Shown here piece after piece: positions 28,618-38,664 of a DNA stretch of 51,108 bases (the first letter of the stretch is position 1; each line of letters starts with the position of its first letter). The stretch is from IMG/VR virus record IMGVR_UViG_3300032116_000017. One strand, 5' to 3'. The position numbers and the translations under genes are program-made. The notes beneath the pieces were generated by a model, which searched no databases, was not told where the DNA came from, and saw only the letters and a program-made list of their open reading frames with translations. Source of the DNA: an uncultured virus (IMG/VR IMGVR_UViG_3300032116_000017). Taxonomy: Duplodnaviria; Heunggongvirae; Uroviricota; Caudoviricetes.

Positions 28618-30291
28618 ATGAAATGGATTAAAAATAGACAACAATGGTTAAACGAGGCAAAAATCAGAGATGTGATTTTACCAAGACAAGCAAAAGAAGT
28701 AGCTTCTTATTGGGGTGAAAAATATCTTGATTACGAAGAAATTGAACCAACTGGTAAGATTAAACAAGGCAATTGGAAGTTAGAAGAAGAAGATAAATTA
28801 AAAGTTCTTTCTGCTTTTTTTGACTGTGATATGAAATCAGTTATGACTCTTTTCTCTAATCTACCAGATAAATTTAATAGTGTTTTGGTAGAGTCAATTA
28901 AACCAGAATTGTTACAAGAGGATTCTAAACAAGTATTACATGAATTAAATATAATAGCGCCTACTGTAGATCAGATGGTTTTTATCTTTGAAAACGTATT
29001 TAGAAAACTTGATATCAACCAAACAAGAGCAACTGAAATGATTCAAAAAGATGAAAACGGTGTTCCAGTGAGAGATGAAGAAGGTAATATGATAAGAACT
29101 AAGAAGAATGCAGGTGATCCTATTTTTACGAATAACTTAGTAAATATAAATACTTTTGCTGATGACTATAATAGGTGTTATACCGATGAAAAAGTTGAGG
29201 CAAATTTCCAAAACAGAGACTTGTCACAGCTAAGAAACTTAGCTAAAGAAAATCACAACAGAGATTACAAATTTGAGTTTAATATTTTTGGTAAAGACCT
29301 TTATCTACAAATAGATCACAATCCGAAAGATATTTTGAATATGTCAATTTCTAAATTTTATGGATCTTGTCAGCATCTTTATTCGGGTGGTTATAGAAGT
29401 AGATTATTAGGAAATGTATTCGATCCTAACTCTATTCCTGCTATTTTATTATTTGATTCTCCAATAATCTGGGGTAGTGATAAATTATCTGATAAACTTC
29501 CACTTTCAAGAATGATGATTAGAAATATTGAGTCATTTGATGATTCCGGAAACACCGAACCTAAATTATTCTTTGATAGAGCTTATCCAGACAGGATGAG
29601 AGAAATTTTTGCAGATATTGTTGAAAAATATTCTGAAAATAAAGAAACTATTAAAGACAGTGATAGTGTTACATATATTTTCTCACCAGATATTGATTAT
29701 GATGATGATAATATTGAAGAACCTTACATGGATAGATTAAGACTTAAACAAAGTAAAATGATTGGAGTAAATACTAAAACTCTTTACCTTAATCATGCCT
29801 ACGATTGGTCAAAAATTAAAATCGCACCTAATGCTAAAATCAGAGAATTAATCATTGAAACAACTGACATTCCAGAAAACCTACTTGATATAAAAATTGA
29901 CTTAGAATGGATTAAATTTAAAAACTTAAAAATAAAAACACTTCAAGGTTTTGAAAATTTGAAAACAGATTCGTTAGCTTTTGACAAGTGTAAATTTGAT
30001 GTTAAGTTATTTGATGATGTTGCGTCAGCTAAGAAAGAAATTAAAAGACTTCAGATAGTAAGTTGTAATGTAGTTGGTGGTATTCAATTATCTCAATTTG
30101 AAAATTTAGAAGAGTTACAATTAATTTATACACTTGATTCATTAGATGAGGCAAAAGAAGCTCTTTCAAATACTAAATTAAAGAAATTAGTATTATCTGG
30201 TGATATAGCTTCTGATAGCAATTCTAAAGTGTTCATTAGTGAGTTAAGAAGAAGTGGAATTAAAGTAGAAATAGTAGGACCAGTTATATGA
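28618..30291 (+). CDS. hypothetical protein, N-terminal motif, SCQ/DRAY/PYMD domain, LRR-like C-terminus
   Basis: MKWIKNRQQWLNEA; IRELII, IKRLQI, LEELQL, LKKLVL repeats. Confidence 0.75.
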   Translation: MKWIKNRQQWLNEAKIRDVILPRQAKEVASYWGEKYLDYEEIEPTGKIKQGNWKLEEEDKLKVLSAFFDCDMKSVMTLFSNLPDKFNSVLVESIKPELLQEDSKQVLHELNIIAPTVDQMVFIFENVFRKLDINQTRATEMIQKDENGVPVRDEEGNMIRTKKNAGDPIFTNNLVNINTFADDYNRCYTDEKVEANFQNRDLSQLRNLAKENHNRDYKFEFNIFGKDLYLQIDHNPKDILNMSISKFYGSCQHLYSGGYRSRLLGNVFDPNSIPAILLFDSPIIWGSDKLSDKLPLSRMMIRNIESFDDSGNTEPKLFFDRAYPDRMREIFADIVEKYSENKETIKDSDSVTYIFSPDIDYDDDNIEEPYMDRLRLKQSKMIGVNTKTLYLNHAYDWSKIKIAPNAKIRELIIETTDIPENLLDIKIDLEWIKFKNLKIKTLQGFENLKTDSLAFDKCKFDVKLFDDVASAKKEIKRLQIVSCNVVGGIQLSQFENLEELQLIYTLDSLDEAKEALSNTKLKKLVLSGDIASDSNSKVFISELRRSGIKVEIVGPVI

Positions 30292-31943
30292 AATATTTAA
30301 AATTATTTGAAGGATTTGAATCTGAAAAGCTTACTAAGACTTTAGGATATGTTGATAAAAAAAGCAGAGATGAAGTCTTACAAAGACTCAGAGAGATATG
30401 TAATAGTATAGATTTTCCATTTTCTCAATTAAATGATTCTTACTTTCAATACTTACCTTATCAAAAGGCACTCAATTTACAATATGTAGGTGAGAAAATT
30501 CCCTGTAAAGCAACATCAAGTTCAGTATTTGATAGACAATTTGCAGTACCGGGAGAAAAATGTGAAGATGGTAAAATTAAAAGAATGTGGGGTAGTCGTC
30601 AAAGAGTTGTTGAGTGCCCTAATTGTAATGGCACAGGAATTGAACCTGAAAAACAGGAAGTAAAGTTACTTAAATTTTGGTTCACAAAAGAAGGAGAAAT
30701 GGTGACAATCACTGGTGTTGATAATAGGTATAAACCCGAAGTCAAATCTAAGTTAAAGGCATTTAGCAAAAACATAAGTGATTATGTTGTAGTAGGTGAG
30801 ACGGTTACAAGAAGAGGTGATGTTTCATTTTTGCAGAATGGTGATTTTGTTTTGGCTAAGTTAAATTCATCAAGTGATGAAATTATTTGTTATGTGTTAA
30901 AAGAAGGTAGAAGATTGTATTTAATACAAGACAGACATGACGGTGATACACCAAATGCTGATTATAGAAGCATCGCAAACTACTCTTGGAATATAACAGA
31001 TGGTGATTTTATAACATTAAAGAAAGTTGAAGTAAAAGTTAGAAAAAGTGATGATGAAGATGATGAAGATGAAATAGATCCATTTTCATTTAATAGACAA
31101 ATAAATTTTGGATACAGAGGGACAATCAGTTTTGATAGGTATCAAAGAGGAGTTGAGAAGTTAGTAGGCAAAGCTCACTTTGCACTCATTTTCAATTTAA
31201 GTTCATTGAAGACTACAGAATTTAAGACAAAAAGAGAAATTGGTGCAGAAAGAGTTGAGATTAAATCAGGTTCTAGATTAACCGTAAAGGACTCGGATAT
31301 AAAGAAGGCTAACATAGAAAGATATATGAAAGAAATAGCTCTAAGAAGTGATATAGTTTCAGATATCAGCAATTTACCAAAAGTAGTTAAACGAATTATC
31401 GGAGGTGAGAATGTTTTTTTTCTAATGATATACAACTCAAGATTTTTTGATAGTTTAAATAGATTAGCAGAATATTACATAGAAGCTCTCAAAGAAGGAA
31501 AAGATTCGGATTATCATAAAAACAGACTATCTACTTATATTGGTGATAGATATAAATCCATTACAAATAGTAATGTATTAATCTCAAATAATACTAAGTA
31601 CATTAAAGACTCTATTAGAAAAGATGATTTTAAAGATTACTTAAAAATATTTGAAGGCTTAGAAAATTTAAGTAAGAAAATATATCAAAAAGTGACAACA
31701 ATGCCTATAGAGTGTGTTGAAGATTTAGATATTATAAAGGCTAAATTAGAGTCAATAAGACAGATTTTCAGATCAAACAGGTATAATTTTGATAAAATGG
31801 ATTATTTTATTGATAGTTTGACTACATCATCAAATCCTGAAAATGCTCTAAGGTACTTAACAAATCACTATTATATAAGAGATTATAAGATAGAGATTCT
31901 TAAAGGAATTGAGCAAGCTAACAGAGTCTTAGATAGGTTCTAA
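30288..31943 (+). CDS. hypothetical protein, N-terminal motif plus DnaJ-type Zn finger
   Basis: MKYLKLFEGFES; CEDG...CPNCNGTG. Confidence 0.75.
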   Translation: MKYLKLFEGFESEKLTKTLGYVDKKSRDEVLQRLREICNSIDFPFSQLNDSYFQYLPYQKALNLQYVGEKIPCKATSSSVFDRQFAVPGEKCEDGKIKRMWGSRQRVVECPNCNGTGIEPEKQEVKLLKFWFTKEGEMVTITGVDNRYKPEVKSKLKAFSKNISDYVVVGETVTRRGDVSFLQNGDFVLAKLNSSSDEIICYVLKEGRRLYLIQDRHDGDTPNADYRSIANYSWNITDGDFITLKKVEVKVRKSDDEDDEDEIDPFSFNRQINFGYRGTISFDRYQRGVEKLVGKAHFALIFNLSSLKTTEFKTKREIGAERVEIKSGSRLTVKDSDIKKANIERYMKEIALRSDIVSDISNLPKVVKRIIGGENVFFLMIYNSRFFDSLNRLAEYYIEALKEGKDSDYHKNRLSTYIGDRYKSITNSNVLISNNTKYIKDSIRKDDFKDYLKIFEGLENLSKKIYQKVTTMPIECVEDLDIIKAKLESIRQIFRSNRYNFDKMDYFIDSLTTSSNPENALRYLTNHYYIRDYKIEILKGIEQANRVLDRF

Positions 31944-32002
31944 GCACAATTATTCAGTAAACAATTCAGATGAAATTGATTACCTATTAAAAAGATTTAG
32001 AA

Positions 32003-32221
32003 TTACTTTTTTAATTCTTTAATTTGACGATTTAACTCTTTTTTTTCAATATTTCTTAGATTGATAAACCTTTGATGTAGCTTTTCAATATCTAAATTTT
32101 GTTGAAATTCCGTGTTTCGAGACATTAGTGTTAAGTAAAACTCTTCAATCTCTCTTTCAATCGTTTTAATTTCTCTTTTTAATCTCCAGATTTTATACAA
32201 TGATACAATCCTTCTAATCAT
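32003..32221 (-). CDS. hypothetical coiled-coil protein
   Basis: 72 aa; AATATATA just upstream. Confidence 0.6.
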   Translation of the reverse strand: MIRRIVSLYKIWRLKREIKTIEREIEEFYLTLMSRNTEFQQNLDIEKLHQRFINLRNIEKKELNRQIKELKK

Positions 32222-32295
32222 TAAATATATATTTGACCATTTGTCTTCATTTTTTCTAAAAGCCTTTAAAAATGAGGTTTTTTAAAATTTAATAT

Positions 32296-32323
32296 AAACT
32301 TGATAGATTTGAAAACATATAAA
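32296..32323 (+). promoter_or_regulatory. AAAC-N18-TATAAA putative phage-sigma promoter (representative of a class)
   Basis: Same arrangement at about 10 gene starts in the window. Confidence 0.5.
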
Positions 32324-32327
32324 TAAT

Positions 32328-32552
32328 ATGAAATTCAATAAAGACTTAGTATATTTCAAAGAAGATGAGGTGTTTTATGATGGCATCAAATTAGCCATCA
32401 CTCGACAAAATATACAAGATTATACTTTACAAACTGACATGTCAGGAGAATCGATAATAATCTACTATTATAAAAAAGAACTTCAACAAATAAGAGATAA
32501 GCAACTAGAAGCACTACTAAATGATAGAGAAGGACAAGATAAAGTGGATTAA
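32328..32552 (+). CDS. hypothetical protein with C-terminal tag
   Basis: IRDKQLEALL. Confidence 0.7.
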   Translation: MKFNKDLVYFKEDEVFYDGIKLAITRQNIQDYTLQTDMSGESIIIYYYKKELQQIRDKQLEALLNDREGQDKVD

Positions 32553-32739
32553 AGATGAGAATCCTGATGAGACAGGGACCTATGGGCAAATTTACTATAA
32601 AGAAGTAAGACTTGACCTCTCAGTTGAAACAATACAAAGTATTTATTACCGTTCTTTTACAGAAGAAGTGGTTGGAACAATAATCTCACAGTCATATAAA
32701 AGATGTCTTAGGATACACAGAGAGAGAAAAATTACTTAA
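32521..32739 (+). CDS. paralogue-like neighbour of 32328; C-terminal tag apparently frameshifted
   Basis: IYYKEVRLDLSVETIQ vs VFYDGIKLAITRQNIQ; REKLLNDLL lies in another frame. Confidence 0.65.
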   Translation: MIEKDKIKWIKDENPDETGTYGQIYYKEVRLDLSVETIQSIYYRSFTEEVVGTIISQSYKRCLRIHRERKIT

Positions 32740-32750
32740 TGATTTATTAA

Positions 32751-32993
32751 ATGAAAGAAATACTAAATAAATTTGGTGGTAGATTTATAACACACCTACC
32801 CACAACATACAACTCAACTACATACATGCCATCATTTACAATAAAAGATACATTTGATGGGGATGTTTTTACAATACAGATTGATTCATTAGCAGCTGAT
32901 CCTGAAATCATTTTAGAAAATGTACTGCGTGAAAAAATAATAAATAAGAGAGAAATAAAAATTGATTCTATTATTGATGGAACAACGCCTTAA
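32751..32993 (+). CDS. hypothetical protein with C-terminal tag
   Basis: KREIKIDSII. Confidence 0.7.
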   Translation: MKEILNKFGGRFITHLPTTYNSTTYMPSFTIKDTFDGDVFTIQIDSLAADPEIILENVLREKIINKREIKIDSIIDGTTP

Positions 32994-33201
32994 AAAGATT
33001 GGACAGGTCAAAGCAACAGTTTTTAATAAACAATTTGATAAAGTTTATGATTACTGGAAAAACCGAGCAGAAAATGAACACAACTATTTCGGAAATCTGA
33101 AATTCATTAAAGAACATAACACAGTCTTTATTTACACCGTTATAGAACTAGAGGAAAATCAACAGATAGACCCTGATAATTGGGAAGATATTTCTGAATA
33201 A
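32977..33201 (+). CDS. hypothetical protein (ATG at 32977 preferred over TTG at 32962)
   Basis: MEQRLKK... Confidence 0.6.
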   Translation: MEQRLKKIGQVKATVFNKQFDKVYDYWKNRAENEHNYFGNLKFIKEHNTVFIYTVIELEENQQIDPDNWEDISE

Positions 33202-33227
33202 AATTAGGCAAATCTTTAAAAGTTCCT

Positions 33228-33235
33228 TATATTTG
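33228..33235 (+). promoter_or_regulatory. Bacteroidota-type -7 element
   Basis: TATATTTG with TTAG 20 nt upstream. Confidence 0.6.
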
Positions 33236-33264
33236 TAGTATAAATCACTACAAAAACTATTAAT

Positions 33265-33948
33265 ATGTATAATATAAACGAAAGATTTGACTTTTTGAAT
33301 AAACTAATAGGTATGGTAATTGATGGATTGACACCATCATTAGTAATTTGCGGACCAGGTGGTTTAGGTAAATCACATAGCGTAATATCTATGATTAAAG
33401 AAAAAGACCTTTTAGATTTTGAATGGACTCAAATAAAAGGTTACTCTACTGCACGTGGTCTTTACAATGTTCTATGTGATAATAACGACAAAGTTATTAT
33501 CTTTGATGATTGTGACTCTGTTTTAGAAGATAAAGTTGCTGTGAATATACTAAAATCAGCACTTGACTCTTATGAAACTAGAACCATTACTTGGATGGCT
33601 AAAATGAATAAATCAGACGAGTATCCTCAGCAATTCAATTTCACAGGAAGAATCATCTTTATATCAAATAAAAATAGAAACTCAATTGATGATGCTATTC
33701 TATCTCGTAGTTTGACTGTTGATTTGTCTATGACAGCGGATGAAAAGATTGAAAGAATGGAATTTATATTAAATAACATTCTACCTGAAGTATCATATAC
33801 AATCAAAAAAGATGCACTAGATTACTTGAGTGAAAAAAGATATGAAGTTCAATTAAATATCAGAAGTCTAATCATCACATCAAAGATAAGACTTGCTCAT
33901 CCAGATACTTGGAGAGATTTAGCAGACTATATGATTTCAACTAAATAA
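33265..33948 (+). CDS. phage AAA-like ATPase (T4 NrdC.10-like)
   Basis: GPGGLGKS, IIFDDCDS, FTGRIIFISN, AILSR. Confidence 0.75.
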   Translation: MYNINERFDFLNKLIGMVIDGLTPSLVICGPGGLGKSHSVISMIKEKDLLDFEWTQIKGYSTARGLYNVLCDNNDKVIIFDDCDSVLEDKVAVNILKSALDSYETRTITWMAKMNKSDEYPQQFNFTGRIIFISNKNRNSIDDAILSRSLTVDLSMTADEKIERMEFILNNILPEVSYTIKKDALDYLSEKRYEVQLNIRSLIITSKIRLAHPDTWRDLADYMISTK

Positions 33949-34003
33949 TATTTTTTTTAATAACAGCAAATTAAACTTTTAGAATAAAAAAAATATACAT
34001 AGT

Positions 34004-34312
34004 ATGAACTATTTAAGAAATAATTGGACGTTTATTTTAGTAATTCTATTTTTAACATTCTCTGTTATACTGATTTCTAAATGCGAAACACCAAAACAAA
34101 AACATTCTGAATGGAGATATGAAGTACATGGTTATGTTATTCATAACGGAAAACCCCATGACGCTATATGGTTTTCTGATACAATTGAAATTGGTGAAAA
34201 CTATCTAAGATATGAAAATACCGATGGAACTGAAGTTGTTATTCCATCCCCATATGTTCTTATAGATCATCAGTACGACAAAGTTATTAAAGACACAACA
34301 CCCGCTTTCTAA
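34004..34312 (+). CDS. secreted/membrane-anchored hypothetical protein
   Basis: N-terminal hydrophobic stretch followed by KC. Confidence 0.65.
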   Translation: MNYLRNNWTFILVILFLTFSVILISKCETPKQKHSEWRYEVHGYVIHNGKPHDAIWFSDTIEIGENYLRYENTDGTEVVIPSPYVLIDHQYDKVIKDTTPAF

Positions 34313-35421
34313 AGACCCCATTTAGTATAAACCTCTTCTCTTGTTGCAACAGAATAGTTTTTAACCTTTTGATTATAACAATCATCCTTAAACAACCAAT
34401 CAGATAATATACCCGGTGCTTTATTACCTTCATTATCAGTTAAGACCATATAATGAATGTGATTTCCAATATAATGTCTATCACCTTCTTGTGATTCACC
34501 AAACTCAAGATAACCCCAGACAGATGAATAATGTGTCATATCTCTACAAGCAACTTCCATAATGAATTGTAAGAACTGTTTAGAAGTGTTACCGTTCTCG
34601 TCAGTACTAATAAAGTAATAAGGAGGAAATACAGTTTCTAACCCACCCTCAAATTTCTGACACCAAAAATCATCATCAGTATGTGGATTATATTGTGAAT
34701 AATCAAAGTCAAAATGTCTTTGGCCATCATTTCTTGTATAGTAATCTTTACACCAATAAGTGGGGTATTTCTTTACTTGCCATTTAACCGGTAGTAATTT
34801 AGAAACAATAATAGACTTACATCTTTGTGAAAGATAAAGTTGGAAATCATCATAATCAGGATTCTCTTCATCTGGAAAGAAATCTAAACATTCAGCCATA
34901 TCCGCCATTGTAATATCTCCTTTGATACCTAAGTCAGAATAATCATTACAATGAAATACTTCTGACCAATGTGATTCAGGATCAACAACCATTTGGTCAA
35001 TCTTCTTTTTAGTAGCATCAAAAATAGCCAACATACCTTCTCTAATCTCATTTGCTTTAGATTGAATCTCATCTCCTGGTTGAGATTGTTCGATTAGTTT
35101 AGTAATAACACCAGAAGCAATTTTTCCAATAATCATTGAGATGTAAGCAGCAGGAGTACCACCTAGCCAGAACGCAGAAATACCTTCAAATATTTTTGAA
35201 GCAAACATACCTAAGATTTGTAGTGTTTGGTCTTTAACAGCATGAACTCCAATATTGTTGATAGCATCTTGTAAGTCAATTTGTGCTTGTTGTCTTAAAG
35301 AATAAATTAGTTTAGAAAGTGTTCTTAAATTGATATAAGTTACTTGAACGTGTTTGTCATCATAAATTCTAACGTTCATATCATTTATTGTATAATGAAA
35401 TGTAGATGGTGTATAAGCCAT
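34309..35421 (-). CDS. hypothetical protein
   Basis: 370 aa; helical N-half with a hydrophobic hairpin, aromatic-rich C-half. Confidence 0.75.
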   Translation of the reverse strand: MAYTPSTFHYTINDMNVRIYDDKHVQVTYINLRTLSKLIYSLRQQAQIDLQDAINNIGVHAVKDQTLQILGMFASKIFEGISAFWLGGTPAAYISMIIGKIASGVITKLIEQSQPGDEIQSKANEIREGMLAIFDATKKKIDQMVVDPESHWSEVFHCNDYSDLGIKGDITMADMAECLDFFPDEENPDYDDFQLYLSQRCKSIIVSKLLPVKWQVKKYPTYWCKDYYTRNDGQRHFDFDYSQYNPHTDDDFWCQKFEGGLETVFPPYYFISTDENGNTSKQFLQFIMEVACRDMTHYSSVWGYLEFGESQEGDRHYIGNHIHYMVLTDNEGNKAPGILSDWLFKDDCYNQKVKNYSVATREEVYTKWGL

Positions 35422-35452
35422 AATTTTTGATTTTTCTTTTATATATCAAAAA

Positions 35453-35845
35453 TTAAAGCGGTAAAAATTCTAATCTAACTTTGTAAATTACACCTGTAGA
35501 CTCAGCTAATTCATCAATTGAATCTAAGTTTTCCCAATCTACAGGATACTTAATCGAAGGCACTGTCTTAAATCCTTCGGATTGCATATAACTTTCAACC
35601 TCTCTGCAATTCTCTATAAACCATTCTGGAAAGTGAGAAGCAATTTTTTTATTTCCTGTTTTTACAGTGTACATTGGCATGATTGTTCTGTCGATGTCTA
35701 TATCGATGTAGAATAACATAGAATATTCTATTTCACATTGACAATTATTGTCCTCAAATTCTAAACAAAGGTCTTTAAGATCTGATTTAATTTTATCAAT
35801 GTCAGAAATACTCTCAAATATTTTATATGTCTTTATATGTTTCAT
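35453..35845 (-). CDS. array family paralogue with N-terminal motif
   Basis: MKHIKTYKIFES; KDLCLEFED; YMQSEGF. Confidence 0.8.
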   Translation of the reverse strand: MKHIKTYKIFESISDIDKIKSDLKDLCLEFEDNNCQCEIEYSMLFYIDIDIDRTIMPMYTVKTGNKKIASHFPEWFIENCREVESYMQSEGFKTVPSIKYPVDWENLDSIDELAESTGVIYKVRLEFLPL

Positions 35846-35846
35846 A

Positions 35847-36320
35847 TTAGTCTTTATAATAAATTATAATTTTTAGATAATCAATTCTTTTTTTGTAATA
35901 TTCATTAGATAAACCAAATTTTAGAAAAACATCTCTATCACTTAACTCACCTTCTTCTGAAGAAAGTCTATCTTTCACTTCTGAGTTTAAAACAGACTCT
36001 ATTGTAATATCATAATCAATCTCATCTACATATCGAACTAAATGTTGTAAAACAGATAAAAATTCCTCATCTGGTATAAAACTACACTTCCTTCTTTCTG
36101 GACTAAATCCAAAAATAGCAAACTTCTCAATATAAATTCGACACACTTCTGATTCTTCTTCTAACTTTGGGTTATCACCATTTACATTCCTGTGTATTTC
36201 AACTTCATAATCCTGGTCTTTTATTCCAAGTAGGATATCTTCAATTGTATTTAACTCATCTGAAGTAGCAAATCTGTGATCACTTGATTCAAATATCTGA
36301 TATGACTTTATATATCTCAT
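35847..36320 (-). CDS. array family paralogue
   Basis: MRYIKSYQIFES; EDILLGIKD. Confidence 0.8.
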   Translation of the reverse strand: MRYIKSYQIFESSDHRFATSDELNTIEDILLGIKDQDYEVEIHRNVNGDNPKLEEESEVCRIYIEKFAIFGFSPERRKCSFIPDEEFLSVLQHLVRYVDEIDYDITIESVLNSEVKDRLSSEEGELSDRDVFLKFGLSNEYYKKRIDYLKIIIYYKD

Positions 36321-36323
36321 CTT

Positions 36324-36812
36324 TTAGTAAATTAAAATTGATATTGATTCCAACTCTTCATCATTATATTGATTAATAAATTCATCTGCTGTTACAAACT
36401 GGTCATCAATTGTACCAGCAATATCAACACTTAAATCGAAGTCAGAAACATAACTCTCTATCTCTTTAATAGTCATCTCTAGTGCCTTATTATCTAAAAA
36501 GTGTCCTGCCTCTGAATCAATATCAATACAACAACACGGAAAAATTTCAGTGGCTCCTTCTTTATGATATTGAGGAAAATAAATTCTGACAGAATAACCT
36601 AAATCATCTAATTCTAAACACATATCAGATATAGTCTGAATAAAATTATCATCAAAAATTTGTGTTATATCTTTACCAGTTCTACTTTTCACCCCATCTA
36701 AGAAGTGGTCTTTTAGTCTTTGTAAATTACCCCTATCTACATTAACATCTTCAAATAAATTAGTCTCATTAGAGACTCTCTCAAAGAGGATATATGATTT
36801 TAAATATCTCAT
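36324..36812 (-). CDS. array family paralogue
   Basis: MRYLKSYILFER; SDMCLELDD. Confidence 0.8.
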   Translation of the reverse strand: MRYLKSYILFERVSNETNLFEDVNVDRGNLQRLKDHFLDGVKSRTGKDITQIFDDNFIQTISDMCLELDDLGYSVRIYFPQYHKEGATEIFPCCCIDIDSEAGHFLDNKALEMTIKEIESYVSDFDLSVDIAGTIDDQFVTADEFINQYNDEELESISILIY

Positions 36813-36813
36813 C

Positions 36814-37428
36814 TTAGTTAATAAAATTTGTTTGTTCCCAACGATACTCCTTTTCCATTATCTCTCTTATCTCTCTATCCCAAATAGAAAACTTAATATG
36901 ATAAAATTGCTTTTCAGCACCACGAATCGAATCTGTAAATAAATCCTTCTCAAATCCTATCTTATAATCATATCTTTCTACCAATCTTTCAACCGTAGAG
37001 GAAATATCTTCTGATAAATTTTTACACTTATCAAAAAAATTACTAACATTATTTAACTCACTAATAGATTCTACCTTTTTATCCTCAGATATCTCAAACT
37101 TAAATTCAATTCCCCAAAGACCAGATCCATTAGGATATCTCTTTAAGTAAAGGTCTCCATCTTCTGGTTGATTTTCCCGCTTATCAGTTTCAGGGTCATA
37201 AGTAAAAATATCTGTAATTCTTGAATTTCCATAACCAAAACTTGAACCAGAATACTTATTATAATACCAATCATCTTTTCTGCCTCCATTAAAATTACAC
37301 GAGTAAAAATAAAAAACAACTTTAGTATTCACTGAATCAAAAGTTTCAAGCAAGCAATCTTTAATAAAAGACCAATCTAAGTCTTTAATTTCCTCTTTTG
37401 ATTCATTAAACTTCTTAATATATCTCAT
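36814..37428 (-). CDS. array family paralogue (divergent)
   Basis: MRYIKKFNES; KDCLLETFD. Confidence 0.8.
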   Translation of the reverse strand: MRYIKKFNESKEEIKDLDWSFIKDCLLETFDSVNTKVVFYFYSCNFNGGRKDDWYYNKYSGSSFGYGNSRITDIFTYDPETDKRENQPEDGDLYLKRYPNGSGLWGIEFKFEISEDKKVESISELNNVSNFFDKCKNLSEDISSTVERLVERYDYKIGFEKDLFTDSIRGAEKQFYHIKFSIWDREIREIMEKEYRWEQTNFIN

Positions 37429-37429
37429 C

Positions 37430-37631
37430 TTATAAAACTTGTATTTGAAATGTAAAGTAAGCGTATTGGTCTAAACCATACTCTGGTTTCATATTACTAT
37501 ATCCGTTAATATATTTCATCATCTCATCGAAATTACTTAAAAAACCATGATTGAATGTGTGGCTAACTGGTTATCGTTTTACTAACTTCTTCAACAGACT
37601 CGAATAACTTGAAAGTTTTTAATCTTTTCAT
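37430..37631 (-). pseudogene. internally deleted, frameshifted array member
   Basis: MKRLKTFKLFESVEEVSKTITS* (37631-37563), then 46 open codons in another frame ending at a TAAGATG junction like those of other array genes. Confidence 0.7.
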
Positions 37632-37636
37632 AATAT

Positions 37637-38170
37637 TTACTTCTTTTCAGGAGCAAGTGCTGTAGATATTTGCATAGTTCCAAAACCTAAAAGTGAAGCA
37701 AAAAAAGCACCTACCATAGCATGTAAAGCACCTCCGGTTCCTAATCCACTCTCAACTGCTCCAATAGCAGCTACTGCAGTTGCAGCCAAAACTCCAATAC
37801 CAATGTGTTTTAAAGCTGTCATTATTTTCTTCTTTTTCTTTTCAGGTGAAAATTCGGCAAATGTTACATGATCATGCTCTAATTCAGCCTTTACTTTATC
37901 AAAGTTTTCAACTAAAGTAATAATATCATCAGGATTCTCCTTAGCTACTTTACAAAAATTATCATACTCCGGAGTTTTCTTAAACTTCTCAACCGTAGCT
38001 TTAAACTGAGGATCAGTTTCCTGTCTGTTGATAAATTCTTTAAAGAATCTACTATCTACATATTTTCTTAATTCTTCAGCTCTTCTTTCTTGACCCATTG
38101 CAGAAAGCTTATCTGCCGCGCTCATATACGTCTCTGGGTTTAATTCTTCAAATGTTTTTAAATATTTCAT
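37637..38170 (-). CDS. N-terminal-motif protein with C-terminal Gly/Ala-rich TM hairpin
   Basis: MKYLKTFEEL; IGIGVLAATAVAAIGA...AMVGAFFASLLGFG. Confidence 0.8.
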   Translation of the reverse strand: MKYLKTFEELNPETYMSAADKLSAMGQERRAEELRKYVDSRFFKEFINRQETDPQFKATVEKFKKTPEYDNFCKVAKENPDDIITLVENFDKVKAELEHDHVTFAEFSPEKKKKKIMTALKHIGIGVLAATAVAAIGAVESGLGTGGALHAMVGAFFASLLGFGTMQISTALAPEKK

Positions 38171-38187
38171 AATTTATATATTATTTT

Positions 38188-38664
38188 TTAAGATTTATTT
38201 TTCGTATAACAGATATCAATTAGTTTGAATGTCTTATGCCAAAGTGCAGGGTGTCTCTTATTCCAATTCTCAATCTCTTCGATCTTAGATATAAAGTTAG
38301 AGATCTCACCAATTCCGTGTCCAGTTGGTCTAACAGGGAAAGGTCTTTGATCAGTTATTGGTTCATTATGTGGTTTAATCCAACATGCTATAGTTCCCAA
38401 ATGATATCCTTCACCAAGTAAATATTCATGTAGTGAAATAAAATTATCGATGTTTTGATAAAGTGGTAAATCTTCAGAAGTTAACATATTATCTTCATCT
38501 CCAATAAGAATTAAAACTCTATCTTCTGAACTACCTAATGGATCCGGTTGATACACCTCAACCTCAACTGGTATATCTTCATCAGAGAAATCTCTAAGAA
38601 AATCTTCAACCATGTCTTTTACAACTTCAGTTGATTCAAAAAGTTTCCAATTTTTAATCCTCAT
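38188..38664 (-). CDS. array family paralogue
   Basis: MRIKNWKLFES; EDFLRDFSD; YLLGEGY. Confidence 0.8.
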   Translation of the reverse strand: MRIKNWKLFESTEVVKDMVEDFLRDFSDEDIPVEVEVYQPDPLGSSEDRVLILIGDEDNMLTSEDLPLYQNIDNFISLHEYLLGEGYHLGTIACWIKPHNEPITDQRPFPVRPTGHGIGEISNFISKIEEIENWNKRHPALWHKTFKLIDICYTKNKS

